Part shown: positions 20,808 to 29,831 of the stretch, piece by piece | Numbering within the stretch: position 1 is the stretch's first letter | Layout: each line of letters starts with the position of its first letter | Source of the DNA: Pelagibacteraceae bacterium | GTDB taxonomy: Bacteria; Pseudomonadota; Alphaproteobacteria; Pelagibacterales; Pelagibacteraceae | Assembly (NCBI GenBank): GCA_002684895.1 | Contig: NYVZ01000004.1 | Location: 20,164-71,483, forward strand | Direction of reading: 5' to 3' | DNA: 51,320 nt | Notes under the pieces: generated by a model | What the model saw: only the letters and a program-made list of their open reading frames with translations | Told to the model about the DNA's origin: nothing | The model's database searches: none | Translations under genes and position numbers: made by a program

Positions 20808-23359
20808 TTTACTACAATATTAACTAATTTGTTTTTTACGTATATTTTTTTTACAATATGTTTACCAGCTAAGAGTTTTTTTACACTCTCTATTTCTAAA
20901 CATTTTTGAATAATTTCTTCTTGATCCTGATCTGACTCAGTATTTAACAGCGTCTTTTTTTTACCATTTATCTGAATAACAATATTTACCATTTCTTCTT
21001 TGATCATCTTTTCATCAAACGTAGGCCACTTGGCTAAATGAATTTCTTCTTTACCATGAATTTTTTCCCAACATTCGGATGCTATATGGGGGGTAAATGG
21101 ATAAATTAAGATTAGAAAATCTGAGAAGATTTCTTTAAACAATTTCATTTCAGCTTTTTTATCGTGAAGCATTTTGGATAGAAAATTTAAAAATTCATAA
21201 AACTTAGCAACAGCTACATTAAAGTGAAAATTCTCAACATTGTATGTGATTTCTTTAATGAGTTTATTTGTTATTTTTTTTGCTTGTTTTATGTCTTCTA
21301 AATTTATTTTATTATCGTTGTCAATATTTTGGATCATTTCAGAAATTGTCCAAACTTTTTGGATAAATTTATATGACCCTGAAATTCCCTCATCGCTCCA
21401 TTGTATATCTCTTTCCGGCGGACTATCTGACAGCACAAACCACCTTACTGCATCTGCCCCATAAAGATCTATGACAGTTTTTGGGTCTATGACGTTTTTT
21501 TTGGATTTAGACATTGATTCTGAAGGACCAACTTTAACGATTTGTTTTGTTTTTTTTTCAAAAAATTTTCCATTTTCTTCAATAACGTCATCAGGAAAAA
21601 CCCATTCATCATTTTGATTTTTGAATGTTTTGTGACATACCATGCCTTGAGTAAATAACCCTTTAAAAGGTTCTTTAATTTCAAATTCAGTGTTTTTAGT
21701 TATCGCTCTAGAAAAAAATCTTGAATAAAGCAGGTGAAGAATTGCATGCTCGACACCTCCAATATATTGATCAACCGGCATCCAATATTTGGCATCTTCT
21801 AATGAAAAACCTTCTTTATTATTATCGCTAGAGCAAAATCTTAAAAAATACCAAGATGAATCTACAAAGGTATCAAGGGTGTCGGTTTCTCTTATTAATT
21901 CTTCTCCAGTTTTCATGCATTTAATATTTTTCCAATTTGAATGATGATTCAAAGGATTCCCAGGCTTAGTGAAATTAATGTCATCAGGAAGTTTTACTGG
22001 AAGATTTTCTTCAGAAACAGGAATGACCTCTCCTTTCTGATTATACATCACAGGTATTGGGCAACCCCAATATCTTTGCCTAGAAATTCCCCAGTCTCTC
22101 AACCTAAATGTTGTTTTAGATTTTCCTAATTTGACTTTTTCAATCTCCTGAATAATTCGAGATTTACCTTTTTCGACACTCAAGTTATCAAGAAAATGAG
22201 AATTAATTATCTTTCCATCACCAGTAAAGGCCTCATTAGTAATCTTAAATTTTTTAGGATCTTCGTCTTTTGGTAAAATCACAGGCGTAACTTCTAGCTT
22301 ATATTTATTTGCAAAATCTAAATCTCTCTGATCGTGCGCTGGACAGCCAAATATTGCCCCTGTCCCATATTCCATGAGAACAAAGTTAGCAAAGAAAATT
22401 GGAAGTGTTTTACCTTTTATAAAGGGGTGTATTGCTTCATATTTTAATTTAAAACCCAATTTATCTGTTTTGGCAATCGCCTCATCGGTATTTCCGGTTT
22501 TATAACATTTTTCTTTAAACTCTGCGAACATAGTGTCATTTTCGTATTCTATTGATAATGGATGATCGATAGCTAATGCTATGAAAGAAGCACCAAAAAT
22601 AGTATCTGGTCTTGTAGTAAATACAGTAATTTTTTTTTTGTTGTCTTTAATTTCAAAATTTAATTCGCACCCAGTGGATTTTCCAATCCAGTTTTTTTGC
22701 ATAATTTTAACTTTTTCTGGCCACTCATCTAGCGTGTTTAGCGATGAGTCTAACTCATCAGCGAATGCTGTAATTTTAAAAAACCACTGAGATAATTTTT
22801 TTTGAGTAACCGGAGCGCCAGATCTCCATCCTTTACCGTCTATTACTTGTTCATTAGCTAACACAGTGTTGTCAACTGGGTCCCAGTTTACTAAACTTTC
22901 TTTTTTATAAACTAAACCTTTTTTCAAAAGGTCTAAAAAAAACTTTTGTTGATGAGTGTAGTAGTTATCATCGCACGTAGATATTTCACGGTCCCAATCT
23001 ATAGAAAATCCCAGCAATTTTAGCTGATTTTTCATAGTTTTAATATTATTAAGCGTCCAATCTTTAGGATGCAATTTTTTTTGTATAGCAGCATTTTCTG
23101 CAGGCATACCAAATGAATCCCACCCCATTGGATGAAGAACATTGAAGCCTTTCAGCCGTTTATAATTTGCAACTACATCGCCTAATGTATAATTTCTCAC
23201 ATGCCCCATATGAATATTGCCCGAAGGATAAGGGAACATTTCTAGGCAGTAGTATTTTGGTTTTTTTTCTACTTTAGAGCATTTAAATATTTTATTTTCT
23301 GCCCAATATTTTTGCCACTTTTTGTCAACTAAAGAGGGATTAAACTTTTCGAAATCCAT
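20804..23359 (-). CDS. leuS: Leucine--tRNA ligase
   Basis: MFPYPSG.IHMGH (HIGH), TTRPDT editing domain, SMSKS (KMSKS). Confidence 0.99.
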   Translation of the reverse strand: MDFEKFNPSLVDKKWQKYWAENKIFKCSKVEKKPKYYCLEMFPYPSGNIHMGHVRNYTLGDVVANYKRLKGFNVLHPMGWDSFGMPAENAAIQKKLHPKDWTLNNIKTMKNQLKLLGFSIDWDREISTCDDNYYTHQQKFFLDLLKKGLVYKKESLVNWDPVDNTVLANEQVIDGKGWRSGAPVTQKKLSQWFFKITAFADELDSSLNTLDEWPEKVKIMQKNWIGKSTGCELNFEIKDNKKKITVFTTRPDTIFGASFIALAIDHPLSIEYENDTMFAEFKEKCYKTGNTDEAIAKTDKLGFKLKYEAIHPFIKGKTLPIFFANFVLMEYGTGAIFGCPAHDQRDLDFANKYKLEVTPVILPKDEDPKKFKITNEAFTGDGKIINSHFLDNLSVEKGKSRIIQEIEKVKLGKSKTTFRLRDWGISRQRYWGCPIPVMYNQKGEVIPVSEENLPVKLPDDINFTKPGNPLNHHSNWKNIKCMKTGEELIRETDTLDTFVDSSWYFLRFCSSDNNKEGFSLEDAKYWMPVDQYIGGVEHAILHLLYSRFFSRAITKNTEFEIKEPFKGLFTQGMVCHKTFKNQNDEWVFPDDVIEENGKFFEKKTKQIVKVGPSESMSKSKKNVIDPKTVIDLYGADAVRWFVLSDSPPERDIQWSDEGISGSYKFIQKVWTISEMIQNIDNDNKINLEDIKQAKKITNKLIKEITYNVENFHFNVAVAKFYEFLNFLSKMLHDKKAEMKLFKEIFSDFLILIYPFTPHIASECWEKIHGKEEIHLAKWPTFDEKMIKEEMVNIVIQINGKKKTLLNTESDQDQEEIIQKCLEIESVKKLLAGKHIVKKIYVKNKLVNIVVK

Positions 23360-23376
23360 GCAGTAAATTTACTTAT

Positions 23377-23958
23377 TTAGAGATTTCTAGCAATTAAATT
23401 AAGATAAGAAATGAGAGTTTTATTCATTTTTTGTTCAATCATTCCTTTTGAAGAAAATCCCTTGCCTCCAGAAGAAATTATCTTACCAAGATTTTTTTGG
23501 TCGACACCTCCAAGAGCATGAATTTTTATTTGTTTAGAGAACTTTTGCAGTAGGGGACGATAAAAAGCTAAGCCTTTACCTGGCATATCATTGTGCGATT
23601 TCGTAGTAAATATCGGTGAAATAAATATTTCTTCACAACCCTGCTTTATTTTTTCTCTAATTTCTATTTCATTGTGGGCTGATCCGATCACATTTAGGTT
23701 TGTTTGGGAGAAACAAACTCGACTATTAAAACTCGGAATATACAATCCATAAGAGTTAATTTGAGTTGCTAACTGTTTATCATTTGAAACATAAAGTTTA
23801 AAATTCATCTTTTTGCAATATTTTTTAAGTTTTATTACATTCTGATAATAATTTCTTCTTTCATAATTTCTGTATATAATATTAATGTTTCTTAATTGAT
23901 TAAGATTTTCTTTTTGAATATCGTTTAATTCGTTAATATAAAAAAAAATTTTAAACAT
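23377..23958 (-). CDS. Thiamine-phosphate synthase-like (TMP-TenI fold) protein
   Basis: GSAHN..EI, FISPIFTTKSH, ALGGV; typical leuS/yggS neighbour. Confidence 0.75.
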   Translation of the reverse strand: MFKIFFYINELNDIQKENLNQLRNINIIYRNYERRNYYQNVIKLKKYCKKMNFKLYVSNDKQLATQINSYGLYIPSFNSRVCFSQTNLNVIGSAHNEIEIREKIKQGCEEIFISPIFTTKSHNDMPGKGLAFYRPLLQKFSKQIKIHALGGVDQKNLGKIISSGGKGFSSKGMIEQKMNKTLISYLNLIARNL

Positions 23959-23963
23959 AATTT

Positions 23964-24599
23964 ATGAGTATAGTACAAAATTTAGAAAATATAAAAAAAG
24001 AATTAATAGACAATAATGTTGATTCTAAAGTTATTGCTGTAAGCAAAACATTCGAGCTATCGCATATTCGTCCCTTAATAGATCACGGCCATTATATATT
24101 TGGGGAAAATAGAGTGCAGGAAGCTCAAAAAAAATGGCAGGAATTATTAACTACAAATGAAAATTTAAATATTCATTTAATAGGAGGCCTACAAACCAAT
24201 AAAGCGAAAGATGCTGTTAAATTATTTAGCTGTATTCATTCGGTAGATCGCGAGAGATTAGTTGATGCTCTTGCTGTTGCAGAACAGAATTTAAATTTAA
24301 AACGAGACTATTTTTTGCAAGTTAACACAGGCAATGAAGAACAGAAATCTGGTATAAATATTAAACAAACTGAACAACTTTATCATTATGCTAAAGATAA
24401 ATTAAATATCATAGGTTTAATGTGCATTCCTCCCGTAGATGAAGATTCCAAAAAACATTTTGAAATTTTACGTGAGTTAGCAAAGCAACTTAATTTAAGT
24501 GAACTAAGCATGGGAATGAGCCATGATTATTTGCAAGCAGGATTAGCTGGGGCGACATATGTTAGGGTAGGAAGTAAAATTTTTGGCTTAAGAAGTTAA
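23964..24599 (+). CDS. yggS: PLP homeostasis protein YggS
   Basis: AVSKT, FGENRVQE, HLIGGLQTNK, GLMCIP, SMGMS.D, RVGSKIFG. Confidence 0.98.
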   Translation: MSIVQNLENIKKELIDNNVDSKVIAVSKTFELSHIRPLIDHGHYIFGENRVQEAQKKWQELLTTNENLNIHLIGGLQTNKAKDAVKLFSCIHSVDRERLVDALAVAEQNLNLKRDYFLQVNTGNEEQKSGINIKQTEQLYHYAKDKLNIIGLMCIPPVDEDSKKHFEILRELAKQLNLSELSMGMSHDYLQAGLAGATYVRVGSKIFGLRS

Positions 24600-25087
24600 G
24601 CAATAATTTTAATTTTTGTTCGTTTTTTAACTGTTTTAAGAATGTCTAATAAATCTTTTTTTTTTAGTCCTATACAACCCATTGTTCCACTGTAATTTTT
24701 TCTTGCTAAGTGAATAAAAATTGCACTACCCTTATTTTTTATTATAGGTTTAATATTATAGTTAATTACTACTATGATATTGTATAAATTATCTTTTCTA
24801 TAAAGTTTTTCTTTTGATTTATCATTTGTAAAAGTTAATTTATTATAAAATTTATTATTAGGGTCATCGCACCAAGCCATTTTTTTCTTAATTACTATCT
24901 TTTTAAGATTAGTCTTTAAGTTTCTAATTTTATCTTTTCGATAGTAGACTTTTCCTAATGAAAATAGGCCAGCAGGTGTTTTTTTATCACCTTCCTTTTT
25001 TCTTTTGGCTATACCATTTTTGCCTAGTGCGCATTTATAACGTTTTTTATTGTGAATAAGCGTACCGTTTTTATTTACTATAATCAT
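24596..25087 (-). CDS. L,D-transpeptidase (YkuD) family protein
   Basis: EGDKKTPAG, WCDDP..YN, GSAIFIH...TMGC catalytic His/Cys. Confidence 0.9.
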   Translation of the reverse strand: MIIVNKNGTLIHNKKRYKCALGKNGIAKRKKEGDKKTPAGLFSLGKVYYRKDKIRNLKTNLKKIVIKKKMAWCDDPNNKFYNKLTFTNDKSKEKLYRKDNLYNIIVVINYNIKPIIKNKGSAIFIHLARKNYSGTMGCIGLKKKDLLDILKTVKKRTKIKIIA

Positions 25088-25108
25088 ATAAATTTATATT
25101 TTACTAAT

Positions 25109-25762
25109 ATGCAAAATTACTCAATCATTACCGTGGGGTCACCTATTTTTTTTGAATGTATGAAAGAGCAAAAAAGTGAGTATAATTTGCAAAATCTAAA
25201 AAGTTTTAAAGAAGTAAAGGAAATACTCAAATCTCCATTAATAGATATTTACGTTTTCCTGTTTTTTATTGATGATTTGGAAAAGCTAGATTTGAAAGAA
25301 TTGAAAAAAGTTAAGTATCCTAAAATTTTTTTTTCGAGTAATAGCGAAAATTTTAAAAATATTAAAAAGGACAATGTTTTAAGCATTTTTCTTGAGCTAC
25401 CTGTAAATTACCAAGATTTAGAAAAGATTATTAAGTTATCAATTTTAAAATTTAAATTTTTATTTCAGTCAAAATTCGAGATAGGAAAATATAATCTTGA
25501 TAAAAACGAAAGAGCCATCACGTATGGTAAAAAATCAGTAAAGTTAACTGAGAGGGAACTTGATATTATTTTATATTTATATGGGAAAAAAGAAGGAGCG
25601 AGCAAACAAGAGATCATGAAAGATATCTGGTCACATGGAGAGGAAATAGATTCACATACTTATGAAACACATTTATATCGGCTACGCCAAAAGATTCAAA
25701 ATAAGCTCAACGATAAAAAATTTATTACTGTTATGAATGGCAAGTATTTTATCATATCATGA
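25109..25762 (+). CDS. OmpR-type winged-helix regulator with degenerate receiver domain
   Basis: LTERE..IL, IW...DSHTYETHLYRLRQKI; probable ATG at 25109, since the longer ORF overlaps the divergent gene. Confidence 0.85.
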   Translation: MQNYSIITVGSPIFFECMKEQKSEYNLQNLKSFKEVKEILKSPLIDIYVFLFFIDDLEKLDLKELKKVKYPKIFFSSNSENFKNIKKDNVLSIFLELPVNYQDLEKIIKLSILKFKFLFQSKFEIGKYNLDKNERAITYGKKSVKLTERELDIILYLYGKKEGASKQEIMKDIWSHGEEIDSHTYETHLYRLRQKIQNKLNDKKFITVMNGKYFIIS

Positions 25763-27243
25763 ATGAATTATTTATCGTTTTAGGTAATCAGCTTTTTAAT
25801 TCAAAATACTTAAAGCCTTATAAGTCATCGTCGTTTTTTTTAGCTGAAGATTATGAGCTATGTTCTTTTGTGAAACACCATAAACAAAAGATCATTTTTT
25901 TTTTATCATCAATGAGATCCTTTAATGATGAATTAAAACAGAATAATTTTAAAGTTATTTATAAGAAAATAGATGAAAAGGATTTTAAAAAAAACTATTT
26001 AGAAAAGCTTGCTGAAGTAATCAAATCTAAAAAAATTTCAAAAATTAGATTTTTTGAGATAGAGGACAAATTTTTTGAAAAAAAAATAGTTACATTTCTT
26101 AAAAAAGAAAAATTAGATTTTGAAATCATCAAAACACCTATGTTTTTAAGTAGTCGTGAAGATTTTAAAAAGTATCTTTCTAAAAGTAAAAAACCATTTA
26201 TGGCGAACTTTTACAAAGAACAAAGGGTTAAACATGACATTTTATTAAATAAAGACAAATCGCCAAAGGGAGGTAAGTGGAGTTTTGATAACGAAAATAG
26301 AAAAAAACTTCCAAAAAATATTAAGTTACCAAAACAACCTATTTTTAAAGAGACTAAACATACGAGTTTTTTAAAAAAAGTTGTCGATAAAGAATTTGCC
26401 AAGCATCCTGGTGATGCCAAAAATTTTTGGATCGGAACAACCAGAAAAGATGCTCAGAGTGTATTAGATAATTTTTTAAAAGATAAATTAAAATTATTTG
26501 GCGATTATGAAGATGCTGTAGACCAGAGAGATAATATTTTATTTCACAGTGCGTTAAGTCCATTTATTAATAATGGCCTTCTAACCCCACTCGAAATTTT
26601 AGATCAATTGAAAAAATATGAGAAGAAAGTTACGATTAATTCTTACGAGGGTTATGTAAGACAATTAATTGGATGGAGAGAATTTATGCGCGGTATTTAT
26701 CAGAATTATGACGATCAAATGCAAAAATCTAATTTTTTTAATCATAAAAATAAAATGAAAAAAAATTGGTACGATGGCACTACTGGCCTGGACCCTTTAG
26801 ATCACGCAATCAAAAATGCTAAAAATTATGCTTGGTCACACCATATAGAAAGATTAATGATCCTTTCCAATATTATGAACTTATGTGAAATATCACCAAA
26901 ACAGGTTTATAGTTGGTTTATGGAAATGTTTATGGACTCTTCTGATTGGGTTATGTCGCCAAATGTTTATGGAATGGGTTTGTTTAGTGATGGTGGGATT
27001 TTTGCAACTAAACCATACATATGTGGTTCTGCATATTTCTTGAAAATGATGGATTTTAAAAAAGGGCCATGGTGCATTATTATGGACGGTTTATATTGGA
27101 GATTTATCGATAAAAATAAAAAATTTTTTCTAAAAAATCCTAGACTTTCCATGATGGTAAGAATCTTAGAAAAAATGAAGCCTGACAGAAAAAAAGAGAT
27201 TTTTTTAGCTGCAAATTCATTTATAAAATCAAATACCTTATGA
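25759..27243 (+). CDS. Bacterial (6-4) photolyase / CryPro-type cryptochrome-photolyase family protein
   Basis: LGNQLF, HHKQKI, GGKWSFD.ENR, FGDYEDA, HSALSP..N.GLL, EGYVRQLIGWREF, HHIERLM, TKPY. Confidence 0.93.
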   Translation: MNELFIVLGNQLFNSKYLKPYKSSSFFLAEDYELCSFVKHHKQKIIFFLSSMRSFNDELKQNNFKVIYKKIDEKDFKKNYLEKLAEVIKSKKISKIRFFEIEDKFFEKKIVTFLKKEKLDFEIIKTPMFLSSREDFKKYLSKSKKPFMANFYKEQRVKHDILLNKDKSPKGGKWSFDNENRKKLPKNIKLPKQPIFKETKHTSFLKKVVDKEFAKHPGDAKNFWIGTTRKDAQSVLDNFLKDKLKLFGDYEDAVDQRDNILFHSALSPFINNGLLTPLEILDQLKKYEKKVTINSYEGYVRQLIGWREFMRGIYQNYDDQMQKSNFFNHKNKMKKNWYDGTTGLDPLDHAIKNAKNYAWSHHIERLMILSNIMNLCEISPKQVYSWFMEMFMDSSDWVMSPNVYGMGLFSDGGIFATKPYICGSAYFLKMMDFKKGPWCIIMDGLYWRFIDKNKKFFLKNPRLSMMVRILEKMKPDRKKEIFLAANSFIKSNTL

Positions 27244-27347
27244 AAAAACGAAATCCTTTCGCACAGGATTTAAGATCTCCAAAATATAAAAAAAGAGTTA
27301 TCAAGCCAAAAAAAGGAAAAGGTAGTTTTAAGCGCAAACAAAAATAA
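27240..27347 (+). CDS. arfA: ArfA-like alternative ribosome-rescue factor (35 aa, not in ORF track)
   Basis: Manual translation MKKRNPFAQDLRSPKYKKRVIKPKKGKGSFKRKQK*; the RVxKxKKGKGS(F/Y)xR motif matches ArfA; ATGA overlap with photolyase stop. Confidence 0.75.
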   Translation: MKKRNPFAQDLRSPKYKKRVIKPKKGKGSFKRKQK

Positions 27348-27404
27348 GTTAGTATTAATTAAATCTACTGGACTTTTATGCAAAAAAAATATATTTATTT
27401 TGCA

Positions 27405-27477
27405 GTTTTCAGGGGCGGCTAAGCCTGAGATGTACCCTTTAAACCTGATCCAGGTAATGCTGGCGGAGGAAGAAAAC
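27405..27477 (+). ncRNA. TPP (THI-box) riboswitch
   Basis: GGGG(P2)-GGC TAA GCC(P3)-TGAGA-ACCC-AACCTGAT-CCAG GTAATG CTGG(P5)-CGGAGG; GTTTTC/GAAAAC closing stem; directly upstream of an SSS transporter. Confidence 0.95.
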
Positions 27478-27479
27478 AT

Positions 27480-28877
27480 ATGAATACTATTTTAATAATT
27501 TCACTTTTTGTTGTTTGCTTAGGATTTATGTCCTTCGGTTATTATATTTCTAGAGGTAAAATTTCTCGTTCTGCATTTTTAGTAAGTGATAGAAATATCA
27601 ATGTTTACGGTATAACTTCTAGTTTAACGGCATCTTGTTTTGGTATTTGGATTTTAATTGGACCCGCAGAAGCTTCAACATGGGGAGGCGTGGGTGCAGT
27701 GATAGGATACGCGGCAGGTCAAAGTTTTGCATTATTATATTTTACAAAAATCGGTATAAAAATTAGAAAAATTTTGCCAAGTGCAAATAGCTTAACGGAG
27801 GTAATTGAAAAAAGATATGATCAGAAAGTTTTAAAACTGATAATCACTTTAACCATTCTATATTTATATGTTTACTTTTGTGCTGAAGTTACCGCTATTG
27901 CAAAGGTCGTTAATTTAATTTTAGGTATACCTCTATGGTTAGTAGCAGCATTAACTATCGTTTCGACATTAATTTATTCACTCAAAGGAGGTCTTAAAAT
28001 ATCCATCATAACAGATAAATTTCAATTTTGGATTATTATACTTTTTTTAGTAATTATTTTTATTACATTAAATCAGCAAATTAATTTTCTTGTCCCAGAT
28101 GTTATTTTTAAAGAACCATCTAAGTTGAGTATTGGTCTTGGTGGTTTTACTGCCGGATTAACATTTTTTATTGCTGTATTTGCAACAAATTTATTTGATC
28201 AAGGAATATGGCAAAGAGTATATGCATCAAAAAATATTGATGTTTTAAAGAAAGGATTTATTTGCTCTTTTTATATTGTACTTATTACAATTTTACTTTT
28301 AGGCTTTGTGGGAATTTATGCTTCTTTGAATGGAAAGATTAACGATCCAAGTACTATTATATTTTCATTGTTAATTAATAAGGAATTTTTATTTCTAAAT
28401 TTAATAGTATTAATTTTATCTTTAACATTAGTATTAAGTAGCCTTGATACATTAATTGCAAGTGTCTCAAGTCTTTTTATAATACACACCAATAAATTTA
28501 TACAAAAAAGAAATGTAAATAATTTCTATATTATAGGAGGAATGATTTTAGCTGGATCAGCATTTTATATATCTTCAAAAGGCTTAAGTGTTTTATATTT
28601 ATTTTTATTAGCTGATTTACTATGTTGCGCGGCTGCGATACCAATTTTTTACGGGTTTTATAATAGGAAAATTAACTCTGAAAATGTATTCAAATCTATT
28701 ATTTTTGGAATTTTTTTTGGTTTATTGCTTTTCCCAAGTTTAGATTTTTCAAAAAGTATATTAGTTGGGTTTATATTTGAAAAATCACTGTTCCCTATGA
28801 TTTTATCAAATCACTTATTATTTTGGTCTTTTATAGTAGCTTTATTTTCACCCATATTATTCATTAAGAAAAGTTAA
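27480..28877 (+). CDS. thiV: Sodium:solute symporter, ThiV-like thiamin-precursor transporter
   Basis: Many TM helices, YSLKGGLK.SI.TD, DQGIWQRVYAS; TPP riboswitch upstream, as for SAR11 ThiV. Confidence 0.85.
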   Translation: MNTILIISLFVVCLGFMSFGYYISRGKISRSAFLVSDRNINVYGITSSLTASCFGIWILIGPAEASTWGGVGAVIGYAAGQSFALLYFTKIGIKIRKILPSANSLTEVIEKRYDQKVLKLIITLTILYLYVYFCAEVTAIAKVVNLILGIPLWLVAALTIVSTLIYSLKGGLKISIITDKFQFWIIILFLVIIFITLNQQINFLVPDVIFKEPSKLSIGLGGFTAGLTFFIAVFATNLFDQGIWQRVYASKNIDVLKKGFICSFYIVLITILLLGFVGIYASLNGKINDPSTIIFSLLINKEFLFLNLIVLILSLTLVLSSLDTLIASVSSLFIIHTNKFIQKRNVNNFYIIGGMILAGSAFYISSKGLSVLYLFLLADLLCCAAAIPIFYGFYNRKINSENVFKSIIFGIFFGLLLFPSLDFSKSILVGFIFEKSLFPMILSNHLLFWSFIVALFSPILFIKKS

Positions 28878-28889
28878 TAACCAATTTGC

Positions 28890-29828
28890 TTATCTGTACT
28901 TATCAAAAAAATTTAAAGATAAAGCTATAGCATGATCAAGCTTTGCTCTATTTTTTTCTCCTCCAGCAGCCTCTTTTGTAAAACATTTAAATCTTCCACG
29001 TCTATCCGATTGAGTGCCATCCTGAAATTTAAAAGATCCGTCTGCATATCGAATAAGAATATTTTTAGAGCACCCATTCACTGCTACACCCTTAGAAATT
29101 TTTCCGTTTAAACTAAAAAAATGATTTACCTTAGGTATTGATATATACTCAATTTTATTACCAACTTCTTTAATCATTTTATAATAATTTTCGCATGCTA
29201 TTGGATAATAGTGACTTTCTTCACCTTTTATTATCATGGTTGCAAAATTTGTTTTAGCTGGGTTAGATACAATATTGCAACCAGGCTCTCCAGCTACACC
29301 AGCTTTAAAGGGATTTTGGGATTGAATTCTAGCATCTTGAAATTTTAAAACTTGTGAAGCACCGTAACTAAAGCCGGTAAAAAATATTTGAGATTTTTCT
29401 ATTCTTTTATCTTGTGAATAAATTCTTGCCAAATTTATCGAGACAAAAACTGCATTAGGAAACTTACTTTTATTCTGTGGCTGTAGCTTTCTCTTATAAA
29501 ATGCGTCAACAACAGCAACAGCATATCCACGGTCTAACCCTGCCTTTATTAAACGTTTTCCCCATTCATCAGTTCTACCTCCCCATTTTTTAAATTTCAT
29601 TCCATCACGAGAACTACCGTGCTGGTGAATTATTAATGGTACTTTTGTGGATTTTTTCTTTGGAAAATGAATTTGTGCTACGACATCATTTTTGCCTGGA
29701 AATTTTCTGTCTGGTACTTGAAATTTAATAACTTCAATATTTTTCTTTTTGAAATTTTTTATTTCAATCTCTGATAAAGCATTTGTTGATAGCAACAAAA
29801 TTGTGAGTAAGGTTAAAATTTTATTCAT
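28890..29828 (-). CDS. Exported alpha/beta hydrolase (dienelactone-hydrolase-like)
   Basis: Signal peptide ending ALS, HQHGS, GYAVAVVD, GFSYG nucleophile elbow, late His in VNHFF. Confidence 0.8.
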   Translation of the reverse strand: MNKILTLLTILLLSTNALSEIEIKNFKKKNIEVIKFQVPDRKFPGKNDVVAQIHFPKKKSTKVPLIIHQHGSSRDGMKFKKWGGRTDEWGKRLIKAGLDRGYAVAVVDAFYKRKLQPQNKSKFPNAVFVSINLARIYSQDKRIEKSQIFFTGFSYGASQVLKFQDARIQSQNPFKAGVAGEPGCNIVSNPAKTNFATMIIKGEESHYYPIACENYYKMIKEVGNKIEYISIPKVNHFFSLNGKISKGVAVNGCSKNILIRYADGSFKFQDGTQSDRRGRFKCFTKEAAGGEKNRAKLDHAIALSLNFFDKYR

Positions 29829-29831
29829 AGC

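Noticed and set aside
23377-23958. Link between the thiE-like gene and the TPP-thiV module
   Set aside because: It occupies the usual leuS/yggS slot, is on the opposite strand 3.5 kb away and has no riboswitch; proximity is insufficient evidence
27270-27479. 69-aa minus-strand ORF
   Set aside because: It is the antisense shadow of the TPP riboswitch and the arfA-like gene and has no recognisable motif
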